A stretch of DNA of 64,000 bases from Veleropilina oligotropha (taxonomy: Eukaryota), in NCBI GenBank assembly GCA_048128005.1, contig JBEUKZ010000131.1:1-64000 (forward strand). Direction: 5' to 3'. Made by a program: the position numbers and the translations under genes. Within the stretch, counting starts at the first letter, position 1. Every line of letters starts with the position of its first letter. Positions 10,363-23,400 of this stretch are shown piece after piece. Under the pieces are notes generated by a model. That model made no database searches. It saw nothing but the letters and a program-made list of their open reading frames with translations, and was not told the DNA's origin.

Positions 10363-12615
10363 ATGTTGCATTGCAGTGTTTCCGGGTGCCGACAGAAAAT
10401 CCGTGGTTTTGACAGGCACTCCGAATGCATTATTCACCGTGCTTGTTTTCGTGATAAAACGCATCCGTGTGAGCATTGTTTAGCATTGACGAATCGGCAG
10501 TGGGAGATTCTTTTCCCAACGGGGAAGACGACCAGGGCATCTTCTCCCGATGGGACAGCCACCGAGAAGCTTAAAAGTTTAGAGACAGGCTTTGATTCTA
10601 TTCTTTCTGTTTCAGATACTCTCGGTAATAGCCGTGTTGGGACAGCGGCTATCGCGGGATCCGCCGTCGGAACCTCTGAGACTTTGGGAAAAGTCCCAGT
10701 AACTTCATCGGGATCCATGGTTCAGGTACAGGCCCGAGTGCCGTCCGACTCCTCGCCTTTGGGCCTAGTAACCGCTGCTCATAGTATCTTGCCGGCCAGT
10801 AAGATACGTCGAGCGCTGCAGCGAAAAGCTGAGCAGGGCAGACAAAACCTTCCCTCTCCTCCGGCCTCGGAGGAGCAAGGCAGCGTTAGTCCTTCTGTGA
10901 GTCTAGTAGCTTCTGAACAAGAAGCAGCTTCTGAACAAGAAGCGCAGAGACTAGCAGAGAAAGTCGATACAGTTGCTGGGCACCACGAAAGTGGTCGAAG
11001 TTCCAGACGCTCGACGAAACCCGTCCTCTCGTCCGACAACGGCGCTAGTTTAAAGACTAACCCCGCCACCGTCGGAGCCCACGAGAGTGATGGAAGGCCA
11101 ACCACCTCTGACGATTCTTATCAAGACGTCCCGGGTGGTGTGGTAGGACCGGCTGCGTTCGGGGCTGAGGCGTACGGCGGGTTTTCCCCCGTGCCTCACC
11201 CGAGCAGGGTTACAGACCCGTATGGACTGTGGTCGCAGTCTTACGGGTCGTTCGCACCGTTTAACGCGCCTCCGGGCCGTTTCCCTGGCTGCGGTTTCCC
11301 GACAGGTAACCCGAGTCCCTGGTACTCGGCTCCACCTGTCCGTGCAGCCCGTCAACCATGCGCTACGGTAACCTCGAGCGGACCAATGGCTGTTGGTCCG
11401 ACGTCCGTCATGCCTCCGGGTTTCTCTCTTGAGAACGTCCAGGCTATGATTGCGACGGAAGTCGAGGCACGTTGTAGGTCCTGGCAACCGGCTACCCAGC
11501 CGCCCCAGGTCCCAACGTCTCTGACCGTAACGCCGGGCTCGGCTCATGTTTCGGTGATGGAAGTAGATTCTCGTTCCGACGAGGACACCACTCCTACTCC
11601 TCACTCTGACCTCCCTGAATCGGTCGGACCAGACGGCTCTCGTAGTCGTTCTGGCACACATGAAGCCGTCTCCGCCACCCGCCGAAGGTACGACGCTGTC
11701 GCGTCGCTTCGCGGGGTGCTTGACTTGCTCGACCCGGCCCTGCCGGTAAGCGGAGTCACGCACAGGACAACGGCACGTCGGTTTGATGGGTCGGAAGCCC
11801 CCCTGCTTCCTACCCTTCCCCAGTCTGGGTTGGTCTCGCTCGTCCTCGACTCGACGACCAAATCCATTCAGGGGTCCAAATCGGTGGAGACTTCCACTTT
11901 AACAGAGTACCCTAGTGGTCTCTGTAAGGGAAGGTACCTCCGGCCCAGTAGTCGTCCGATTCCGATCGGGTGCTCTGGGACGTGTCTGGCGACTGAGCCG
12001 GTTCAGATCGATGCAGCGATGCGTCGCCTGTCGGCCAGTACAGCTCCCTCGGTAGTCAAAGTCCCATGGGCCGCCATGGAGGGCTTTGAGAGCTCCGCCC
12101 GTCGAGCTCTACGGCATTCCTCCATCCAGGATTTCTTCTTGGACGGAGCTATTACCGTGCTACAAGAGGATGGACCCCGCGCTCGAGAGATCGCACTGTC
12201 CTTCCTCGAAGAGGTTGCCGCCGCCACGGAGAACTACGCGTCGGAATCCGCCCGATCCTTAGGTAACGCTGTCCTACTCCGTAGAGACGCTTGCCTAGAC
12301 GGCACCACGTTAGACGACGCCACCCGGCAGTCTCTACGTTGCGTGCCGCTGTCGGCCCCTACTCTCTTCGGAGACAAATTCGCCGAATTTGTCGAGAAGA
12401 GAGCGACCGACCTCAAGGATCGTGCTGTTGAGAAGGCAGTCTTGGATACTCCTCGTAGTACGTCGGCTGCTGCCTCAAGGAAGGGACGGTCCCCATAAGC
12501 CTTCCAAGCGTGCCAAACCTTCGCATAGTGGGCCTTCTCAGGCCAATAAATCTACTGCGAAAACGGCACCTCCGACCAAATCCCGTCAGAGCGGGAGAGG
12601 GAAGCCGCGGTCTAG
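10363..12615 (+). pseudogene. gag: A2 gag-like ORF1, C-terminal frameshift
   Basis: Open 10363-12498; a small deletion near 12492 shifts the frame before the homologous TAG at 12613-15. Confidence 0.85.
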
Positions 12616-15443
12616 GGTTGGTCCGGCATCCAACCCTCGTCGCGACACCACCACCAGGACGCGCTCGTCTCTTAATAAGAGAAACACAAGCCGTCCTAGA
12701 CCAGGCAGTGCGGGACTTACTCTCAAACAGAGCGATTTATCCCGCGCCGCCCAGCACACCAGGATATTACAGCCACTTTTTCCTGGTCCCGAAACCCGAT
12801 GGCCGTTGGCGACCGATCCTCGATCTGTCGTTCCTCAACCAGTATCTTCGTACCGAGAAGTTCAAGCAAGAAACACTCTCGAAGACTGGGCAGCGTCTAT
12901 CGACTTGACCGATGCGTACCTACACGTTCCGATGCACGTCTCGGCTCACCGGTACCTACGGTTTGTCCACGGGGGAACGGTCTACCAATTCAGGTGTCTA
13001 CCGTTCGGTCTATCGTCAGCCCCGTACGTCTTCACGCGGGTAGTACAGGCTCTCGGGGCCTTCCTACACTCGCAAGGGCACAGAGTACACATGTACCTCG
13101 ACGACTGGTTGATTCTCGGGGCGTCCCGGGATCAGTGCCTCCAGTCTATGAGCGTTACCCTGTCATCGGCGAAGCGCCTAGGATTACAGATCAACAACAA
13201 ATCCTGCTTCGTGCCCTCGACGACGTTTACATTTCTAGGGGTCGAATTCGACACGGTCCGGTACACCGCGAAACCGACTCAGAAACGTATAGAGAACCTA
13301 CGCGCAGTTATACTGAAAACGAGGTCTTCACGGATAACGACAGCGCAACGACTGGCCACTGTCCTAGGGCACATCGAGTCGGTAGCTCCCCTGTTACCGA
13401 CGGGTCGCATGGAAAAACGACTGTTGCAGCAGGCCTTCAAGGACCGCTGGGTACAACGTACGGGACAGTGGACGGATCGCATCGATCTACGGCATTGGTT
13501 TACTCGCACGACAGCAGTGTGGCTGAACACTACCCTGCCGAGTCAGTCGGTTCTGATATCCCCCCCAGAACCGAACGCCTACCTCTTCACGGACGCGTCA
13601 AACGAGGGCTGGGGAGGTCACCTCGACAGTCATGAGACATCGGGCCTTTGGCCGACGGACCTGCAGGGACGACACATCAACTTCCTAAAGTTCGAAGCCG
13701 TCTACCTGTCAGTACGGTCCCTCTCGTCACATCTCCGCAACAAGCACATCATGCTAGCAGCGGACAACACGACTGTCGTCGCTTACATTCAGCACCAGGG
13801 CGGCACTCGCTCCCGTCCACTTTGCGACCGAGCGATCGACCTACACCGCCTAGTGATGTCACTCAACTCGACGATTCGAGCCCGACACATCCCGGGACAG
13901 CTGAACGTCAGAGCGGATACGCTCTCTCGGAAAACACAGATTCTACACACAGAGTGGACGCTACACGCCCGTGTAGCCCGAGATGTCTGTCGCCTGTGGT
14001 CGCAGCCTCAAGTCGGTCTATTCGCAACCGAATTCAATCACCGACCCCCTCTCTATGTGTCTCCTTACCCGGACCCGGCCGCTATAGCGGTCGTCGCTCT
14101 ATCAATGAGATGGGAGAATCTGATCGCCTACGCCTTTCCACCGTCGTGCATGTTGGCACAAATACTACGGAAAGCAACCCGCGAAGACTGCGAGTTGACG
14201 CTAATAGCACCCCTACAACGCACGCAGTCCTGGTTTCCGACACTTCTGGATCTAATCATCGATCAGCCACTTGCGCTACCGCAGATGACATACCTGTTAT
14301 CGCAACCGCGCAGTCGGGTCCTACACCCGTCGGCGAACGAGTTTCACTTTCACGCCTGGCGACTATCGAGAGATCGCTCATTAAGAAAGGCTTTTCTAGA
14401 GCGACAGCCCAGCGCATCTACCGATCTAGAAGGCAATCTGCAACTAAGGTATACGACTACCGATGGAAGAAATTTGTGGATTGGTGTCGCGGGCGGCAAG
14501 TCAATATTTTCCGCCCCCCCCCCCTGTGACAAAATTTATCGAGTTTTTGTCGTCGTTGCTCGAACGTGGAATGTCAATTTCCGCGGTCAAAGGCTACCGC
14601 TCATGCGTAGCAACGACGTTACGACAATGCCGCGAGCACACCCGCTTGTCTACCGACAAAACAATATCGGACTTTATACGCTCCTACCAACTCGAACGAC
14701 CCATTCAGCGGGAGCGGCCTCCCGCATGGAATGTTATGTTGATTCTCAATGCTTTACTTAGATGCCCGTTCGAGCCTATGAGTGAATGTTCCCTAAAAAA
14801 TCTCACTTATAAGACCGTATTTCTTACCGCTCTCGCCACCGGTAATCGGGCATCGGAGATACACGCTTTATCCGGAGAGCTGCGAGATATACACTTCCAC
14901 ACCGATGGGTCGGTGACGCTGCATACAGTCCTTGGCTTCCTCGCGAAGACACAAAGACCTGAAGATATCAGTCCCGAGGTTTGTATCCGTAACCTCTCCA
15001 TGCTGGATAGAGATGATATCGACCGCCTGAACTGCCCCGTTCGTGCGCTGAGATTCTACCTGGATCGGACCCGAGACCTACGGCAGGGTAAAAAGCGTTT
15101 ATTCGTAAGCCACATGCCTCAATTCCACCGCGACATTCGCAAATCGACTGTTTCACGTTGGATAGTCTCTGTTGTAAAAGAGATTTACAGTCGGTCCAAC
15201 GAGCCAGAACGAGATCTCGTTTCAATTCACGCGCATGAAACACGTGCGTTAGCTACCTCCTTGGCTTTCAAATATAATTTGAATATCAATGCAATCTTGA
15301 AGGCTGGTTACTGGAAGAGTGCTAATACCTTTGTTCGCTTCTACTTGCGTGATTATGCAACCACGGCTTCGGGCGAACATAGAATTTCCTTTGTGGCGGC
15401 AAATCAACAATGTATTAGAGGATCGAGGTCATCCTTGCAGTGA
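12616..15443 (+). pseudogene. A2 pol and YR, disrupted
   Basis: ~135-bp deletion near 12620, 25-bp deletion near 12885, poly-C expansion near 14514-14524; RT/RH/MT and YR motifs still recognisable. Confidence 0.9.
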
Positions 15444-16232
15444 TTGGTATAATGAATTGTACGACGACACTGAGGTAATGTAATGTAATTCTATTTGTGT
15501 ACATTGTAAACACCCTTAGAATTTATTCCAATGTTATTCCTTTCTTAAACTTATTAAGAAATTGGAATTATCTATTCATACTGAGTTAATATGAAATTAA
15601 TGCTCACATTGGATGCAAACATTTATATTACGAAATCTTAAAAATGTTTTTTGTAAATAATATTATTTTTAAAATGTTCTACTTGCTGTCGCAGAACATT
15701 TCAATGTTCGTACATTGAAAAATTTTAATATTATTCTCTACTTAAAATTATTTAAGTAACATGTATCATGTTGACATTTTGCAAGTTGGACATGCAAAAA
15801 TTTATTATTCAAGATGAAGTTATTGAAATTTTCTTCAATCTATTAATAATTGTCACGGTTTTATTATAGCACAGTAAACCTGCTAGGTTCGGGTGCCTCT
15901 TAAAACCACGTCTTGCAGTTTTCTGTCTGCCGACCTTTGAGTCCGGAATATTCAGATCACTGTTTTTGCTCATGACACGAGTGCCTCAAGGTATACCTTC
16001 CGCACGGTGTCCGGAGCTACATGCACTTTCGTGTTACCCGTCCGACTTACATCCCTGGCGTGTTTTCCCAGATTTCTTGGTCGAAATCTCACCTCGGGGT
16101 AAGAGTAGATTTGATGCTCAGTAAAATCCACTCTGAACGGACTAGATCACAACGCTAAAGCGTCGTCTTCCGGTAACAAGTAAGTTTTAATTTTGGTATA
16201 TGGAACATAACTCCGCCAACCAAAGTTATTCT

Positions 16233-16323
16233 TGGCATTAGTAAGGACGTAAGTATATTTGATATAGATAGGAGGATTAAGAGTAATCCCCTTGTATCTA
16301 TAATAATATACTTACGTCCTTAC
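16233..16323. repeat. A2 ICR
   Basis: As in A1 but the junction dinucleotide is AG (16270-71), i.e. CT on the other strand. Confidence 0.95.
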
Positions 16324-16386
16324 CCACTTGGCCCACCCTGCTTCGCACCTCCCCTCTTATATAAGTTCTTTGCCTTGGGGTTTGCT

Positions 16387-16593
16387 AAAACTTCGGATGA
16401 GGTCATGACCTTTTGGTCACGGGGATCTCGCGGGAGTTGGCGAGCTCTTTATAGGCATGAACTGGGGGAGGTCGAGCAGGTCAGTGGGTCAACTGGGTTA
16501 AATTTATTAAAAAGTGCGAAATTGCCATTTCCACCTTGTCCGGATTTAGCGATAATAGGCTTATTATGGCATTAGTAAGGACGTAAGTATATT
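16387..16593 (-). repeat. A2 right ITR
   Basis: Inverted match to ~1989-2059 joined to 9448-9573. Confidence 0.93.
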
Positions 16594-16866
16594 ATTATAG
16601 ATACAAGGGGATTACTCTTAATCCTCCTTTTACATGTAATACTTTTAATGAGATGACTGGATCAATGTATAGATGCGGACTGAAAAGATTAATTAATTAG
16701 ACAATAGCACGTGTTGCATAAAGACACCTATTGATTGACGGAAATGCAGACTGGCAATATATTTTGGGACTACATAAATGTTTCTAATGTAAATGTTATT
16801 TTTATACAACTTTTGTTATTTATTTCATAGGCCGAAAATAGGATTAATACTTCTAGTTTTTACTAG

Positions 16867-18547
16867 TACAGTCGAATCCGCTTAATAACATAGGTACTTT
16901 GTCCGACTAAAACTTGCTATAAACCGAACTATGTTATTACCCGAATGGTACAATTTGGGACCATAAATCGGGAAGTGTAAACAGGAAGTTCCGTTTATAG
17001 GTCATAACGTACATGTGCAATATGATATGTCTGTCTGTGCATGGGTTTGACTACGTTACTAAATGGTTTGCAAATACTGTATTATCATAATTAATTCTCC
17101 TAATTAATCTTATTTCAGTATTGTAAAACATACTTCCAGTAATAAAATTGTTGCATGCATTCTAACATGTATTTCATCAGAAAGAAATCGGCCGCCTGTG
17201 CCAAAGCAAGATGGCGGAAATGTCGGCAAGGGTGAAGAACTGAATATTATCATGCAACGATGCGATATGTATCCCTATTTTCAATGTAATATTTATAAAA
17301 AATAAAATAATAAAAATTTGTACATGCATTAATAGTTATTATTTTAGTTACATGTATCTGGTATTTATTCCGCAGTCAAAAGTGAAACGCATAAAATATA
17401 ATGAACTCTTCCTTATAACATTTGACCTCCTAATTGCCTGGCGATCTGGCTTTACGAAACTTTCTGGTCGATAAGTTTGACGACATCAAATTTATCCGCG
17501 AGAGAGAGATCTGTACGTTTACGTTTACTAGCCATACTGTAATAATTTTGGGATGTCTGAATGTAGAAATCATGGCGAATATATAGGTCCCGCTTGAAAA
17601 CTACGTTAATAGGATTATGGATTGACGGCGTATTACAAAGTGAACCATGGTTCTTACAAGTCAGCTTTGAACTGTTGTCAACGTTCACAGAGATGTCGGA
17701 TTGATCAATCGAAGGTGCTAATCCGATTATGATCATAACAATCATGCGAAAATGCAAGCTTACTTAAAACAATAAGAGCACGAAATTAATCCCACATCAA
17801 TGCTCTGAGCTTAGTATATTTTCTAAACATAAGAAGTTAAGTTTACTTGGAACAAGTGCCGTCAAAATGCAATTGATTTGATCGCAAGATCAATTGAATT
17901 GAACGGTAGCTAGTCATAGCTTTGATCGGCTTCCACATTGTGTATTAATTACACAAACGTCTTTGTTTTACTTTATTTCTGCACAAATAAAACAAATTCC
18001 GACATTTTCGGCAAACTAGCTTTACAGCAACCCACACAATGAACGATCCCCATTGTGACCCACATTGTGACCCACAGAAGAAATCTTTGCTATTCAGAGC
18101 GAGCATGGCATGCACATTAAAACAAACAACAACAACACGTGCTATATTGACTATTCATCACATTTATTCTCAACTTTAACCAGGTTTGTTGCCAATTAAA
18201 TGTTTATTCAGACAGTAATACATGTATTGCGATACAATTGTAAAATGCATTCCTGTTTTGCGAGACAATGACATGCGCCTTACTGCTAACTAGACTGTCG
18301 GCGAATGTGACATAAAATCTCCGTCTGCAACAAGCATATTTATGTCCAGATATCACCAAATGGTATATTTTATAACAATATTCCAGAAAATTTTCTTGCT
18401 ATTAACCGAAAATACCCATTTTAAGCTATCTTATTAAACGACTTATTTTATACATGATTAATAGTAAACGGTTCGGTGTTTGACAATTTTATGCTAATAA
18501 GCGAAATGTCTTATTAACAGGTGTGTTATTAAGTGAAATCTACTGTA
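16867..18547 (-). mobile_element. pogo/Tigger-derived defective DNA transposon
   Basis: TA + CAGTCGAATCCGCTTAATAACA and TGTTATTAAGTGAAATCTACTG + TA. Minus-strand remnant 17535-17428 reads MASKRKRTDLSLADKFDVVKLIDQKVS*SQIARQLG (CENP-B/psq-type HTH). Confidence 0.85.
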
Positions 18548-19079
18548 TTAGTATTTATTCGCATAAGTAACATTTGTTTGGTAATCACAAATTTACGACA
18601 ATGATAAACCAACAGATCAACTTATGGTCCATCCGGGTACTTTAGTAATGGTGACCAGCAAGGAAATCTCGCTATATCGGATTAAAATAAAAAATTTCCT
18701 TGCTTACTAAAGCTGCATTTTGTTCCATTTGAAGTAGGGTATCTATATCACATACTGTACTAGATATATTTTGAGGCGAATTACACTTTAATTACATTAA
18801 ATATATGCTGAATCTTGCCATTTTGTTTGTGTGTTAAAGATAGCATACTTATATCAATCTGATAGTGACATAATTTTGCGAGATTTTTAATTTCGCGTAT
18901 TGAGCGACACGCGAAATACGCGAATTTGAATTGCTCGTGAAATTTTATTGATTTACAGTATATATATATATGGTAGTGAAAATTACAGGAATATATGTAC
19001 TGACCCCGAGGCTAAATGAAAGTGTTGGCAATCATTTTTTCAATCATTTGTATCTTTAAAATATAGTGTATATTTTCAG

Positions 19080-20420
19080 GTGCTGCTGGAATGCATAGGA
19101 ATGCTGCTGATATGCATATGGCAGACGCGAAGTGGGCCGGTGTGCCATCGCACTTAGACCACGATAGATATGAAGGCCAATGGTCAGCTACCAATACCAG
19201 AGGACCATCACAAAGGGACAGTTTTAGTTCACCTCATACACGGTCATCAGGTTCCCAGAGAGAACCTTCACGGAATGATCAATATAACTCACCGAGATCT
19301 AGAACGTCTGATGCCGATATCAGGCCGGCCTATAGGGATCAGTACGAGTCCCCAGAGTCACGCATGTCAGGCTCGAACTTTAGGCCTCTTCACGGGAATC
19401 AGTTTGGAGATCCTGGATCGAGACTGTCGGAATCTAATCGAGAGCCACAACAGAGAGATCAATACGGAACTTCCGGATCACAACTATCCGATCCAAACAT
19501 CGGATACATGCAGATTGACCAGAATCGATCACGAGGATCAGAAGTCAGAACAGATTCACAGCAGAGAGAACAATATGGACGTCCTGGATCTCGACTATCA
19601 GAAACAAGCAATGGCCCCACACATAGGGATCTGTATGGGCCCTCTGGATCTCGGCTCTCCGAATCAAATAATGGTCCAACATATAGGGATCCGTATGGGC
19701 CCCCTGGAACAAGGCTTTCGGAATCAAATAATGACACAACGCGTAGGGAAAAGTATGCGCCCCGTGGATCTGAAGCAACAGCGCCGTATTCTGGAGATCG
19801 ATATGGGCCTACTGGATCCCGTTTGTCGGCTTCAAACCTTGGCTCGCATCCTGACCAATACGATGCCTCCGATCACAGGATACAATCTGCAGCCTATGAT
19901 CAATCTCCGTTCGGACCGACTGGCACAAGACTGTCAGCTAGCAAGCCTGGACAAGTCGACCAATATGGTGCTCCCGGTGCCAGGCTTTCTGCCGCAGATC
20001 AGAGAGAGTCGCAGACCGATCGGTATTCCCCAGGTCCCCAATATGGCGGATCTGGCACCAGGCTTTCTGCCGCAGATCAGAGACAGTCGCAGACCGATCG
20101 GTATTCTCCAGGTCCTCTGTATGCAGAAATGCGACCGGCGCCATCGCCTGGTATGTCGTCACGGCGGCAGCATGCACCAGGATCACGAAGATCAACAACT
20201 GACCAGGACACATCGTCGCGAGAAACCAAACATCCGCGAAGATCAGATTCCAGCCAGGAACTGTCTCCGGTGGATCCGGGGCGACAAAGGAGGGAGTTCG
20301 TTGGAGACCAATATGCGGTGCCGGATGCCGTCAAACGAGCATCGAATCAGAATCTAGCTTCACGTGGAGAATCCACTCGGTCACTGAGGTCGACAGCAAG
20401 CAATGGGTATTCAGGCCAAA
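19080..20420 (+). CDS. Host exon: large low-complexity exon with ~20-aa D(Q/R)YGPxGSRLS repeats
   Basis: ttttcag acceptor, ATG 19091, A|gtaagt donor; phase 1 joins the SEC14 exon at 20845. Confidence 0.8.
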
Positions 20421-23400
20421 GTAAGTAAATGGATGGTGCATAGTTTAATGGCATTGCATAGTATATATTTATTCAATATTTCCTGGTATAGGTAGAAATT
20501 CTTGTTATTGTTCTGTATGCTTCTATCAGAAATCAGATGTTCGTTTTTGTTATCATATGACCGCTGATCATTGAAGTGAATTATGCTATGGCCATGATCG
20601 TCCGTCCGCCTGCCGACATGTCATTGACTTCTGACTCTTGTTTGAAAACATCATGATATTTGTTTCCGCAAGATAACTCAAAAGGACATTACGGGTGTAG
20701 AAATTATCATTTTTGGTATTAATGTTGAAGTACATTCGGCCACCTCAGGAAAAGCTGCCCATGATGCAAACTAGAGCGAATGTGTGATTGTAGGATGAAC
20801 CGTACCACATGTCTGCAGAAACTGTACGTTGTTGCATTTTTCAGGACAGACAAACCTGCAAGCATCACACATCGTGGATTTATTGCGGCAGGGAATGGTG
20901 TACCTGACAGGTAAGCTGAGTCGTACATGGGTCTCATCTAATTCAACTTAAGTGTTTTCAGATGTAGATAACAGGGAATAACATACAATTTTATTCGTAT
21001 CTGATACCGAGACTGAAGTATTCAAAGGTCATAATTTATGTTTTCGGTATCATGTGATTAGCATTGTTAAGTGCATAATAATTTTTGTGCATTTAAATTG
21101 AAAATCAATGGTGTAGATGGTTTAGGGGTGGTTAACTTTTATCAATTACAATTCACAGTTACAAGATTTCCGTCACAGTGTCCATAACCGGAGTTGATTT
21201 CTTCTGATATTCAGGGCATCCGTACCACGACAATATTGGCATGACCCTAGAACGAAAATATATACTCAAAATAAACAGTTGCATTTTGTTAGAACCTGAT
21301 TTTCTGCTTTTTTATGACATTCATTTCATATTCCTTGACATATTTGTAACTACTATTATCAGATAAAATGATCTTTCTGTTTTGAAGGTGGTCGGGATCT
21401 CTCCGGCGGGCCAGTTTTGATATTTCCCTCCGGTAATATCCAGCGAGACCTCCGACTTCCCGATCTCCAGGCCTGCATTGAGTACTGCATCCAGATACCA
21501 AGGTAGCAGGCTAGACCATAACAATCGCTCCACTAGACCATCAGGAATAGAGACGGGATGGGAATTATTGTAGAACTAATGCTATGTGTTGTATTCATTT
21601 TATAAATATTTCACCTTGAGCATCTGAGGGTATTTTGCCAGCTTACCGGTTACATATGCATTACAAATGTAAATGGAAATCAAGATCATCAATGAAACTC
21701 GTCCTCTCATGCTAAGAAAACCAGCTCATCCTGTGTTCACAAAGTGTCAAGTTCAATATTTTTTATATTCCGCAATCGGTTTATGTAATAGATATACGCC
21801 GAAGATGATCCATTCTTTAAAATATTGTGTCTGTCTAGGCGCTATCGCGCCGAGGCCGGTCCAATATTTTAACAATGTATCGTCTGAGGCTTATATCTTA
21901 CTTAACTATTGTTTCCCATTTGAACATTTTATTTTATATTTCATATAGCGCATTATTATTTAAATATATTAAAGCACTCAAATAACATGACTTTGAATAG
22001 TATTATTATTAACAGCTATAATAAATTATTTTAGTTGATAATTTCAGTACTGAAGTCACATTGTTTCGACGCTTGTTGGCATTGCCCGGCGATCTAATTT
22101 GGTTCATTATTGTAGTGCTTGGCAATTGTATTTATATAATTTATAGACTGCATTATTTTTAATGGAAATTCCAAACGAGGAATTTAGATATAACTGGCAT
22201 GTGACATTCAGTGCAGTTTCGCCAATTGTAATTTGGACGATGACCTGGACAAGATGTGAAATTTATCACAAACAATGGGGATATGTATGTGCTATCAAAT
22301 CTACCAATGTTGTCGCTTACATTTGGATTTATAATAGTCTGGATGTATTACAATTTGGAGTATCATATACTTCATTCATCTGGATTTTAAAACATACTGT
22401 TCATCAGCATATGGTGGAAGAAAATTTCTGCTTGCCTTTTAATGACTTCATTGTTATCCATTGTCTACATATTGAATCGTGTCATTGTTATCCATTGTCA
22501 ACATATTGGATTGCACCATTGTTTTCCATTGTCTACATATTGGCCTGTGCCACTCAGAGGGACCATTGTTAGAAACAATGGACTATCAAGACAATAGGAT
22601 GACGTCAAAACAATAGTTTAAGATATTGGAAAACTTTTCTTGGTCATCTATCCTTCATACTCCTTGATTTTGATATTCAATTTAAATGTAACGTCTGTAA
22701 AGAGATATTGATTTGCGGATTGTAGTGCAGCCAGATTTTGCAATTCAGTGATTTTGTTTTTTTCTGTCAATTCAGTGAAGAGTCCAAGCGGCAGGGCTTC
22801 ATCGCGGTGGTGGACAGTAGAGACGGATCCTGGCCAGACATGCGTCTGCTCCTGGTGGCGTTAGAGGTAAAGCTCTGACCCAGCCGGCAAAAGATGTTGA
22901 AAGACGTTGTTACAACGTTGTACCAACGTCAATGACGTTGTTTCAACGTCTTGCAACGTTGTAACAACGTCTTTTGCCGGCTGGGGACCAGAATTGCCTA
23001 AAATAATTTTGCTATATAATAAAACAATTTTTCAACAAACTGAGAAGTTCTAGTATTTATATTGAGTAATATCTTGATTTCGCCTCGAATTCTCTCTTCT
23101 GATTGGCTGACGTCATTTTGTTAACTGACCGTAAACAACGACCAGCTAACTGGCCATCAACGGAAATAACTCTGCCTTACTGAAACTGTCGATTGATTTG
23201 CAAATGGCTGCTATCATCATAAATAACAAACTTGTGTTATGAATATGAATCAAATCGGTACTCTGTTAATGAAGCCTCACGGTAAGAAATCAAGATAAAT
23301 ACGTTGTCGAACAACGTCTTGGTAAATATGTTGGATTGAATACCTCATAACGTTAAACCACTCTGAACTAGCGCCTTGTGGTTTAACTTTATTCGGTATT

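Larger units (their letters stand above)
1977..16628 (+). mobile_element. DIRS1-type retrotransposon copy A2 (outer, degenerate), interrupted by A1
   Basis: Left ITR split into ~1989-2059 and 9448-9573; right ITR 16387-16593; ICR 16233-16323; gag/pol/YR remnants; CT dinucleotide at both ends (1977-78, 16627-28). Confidence 0.93.
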
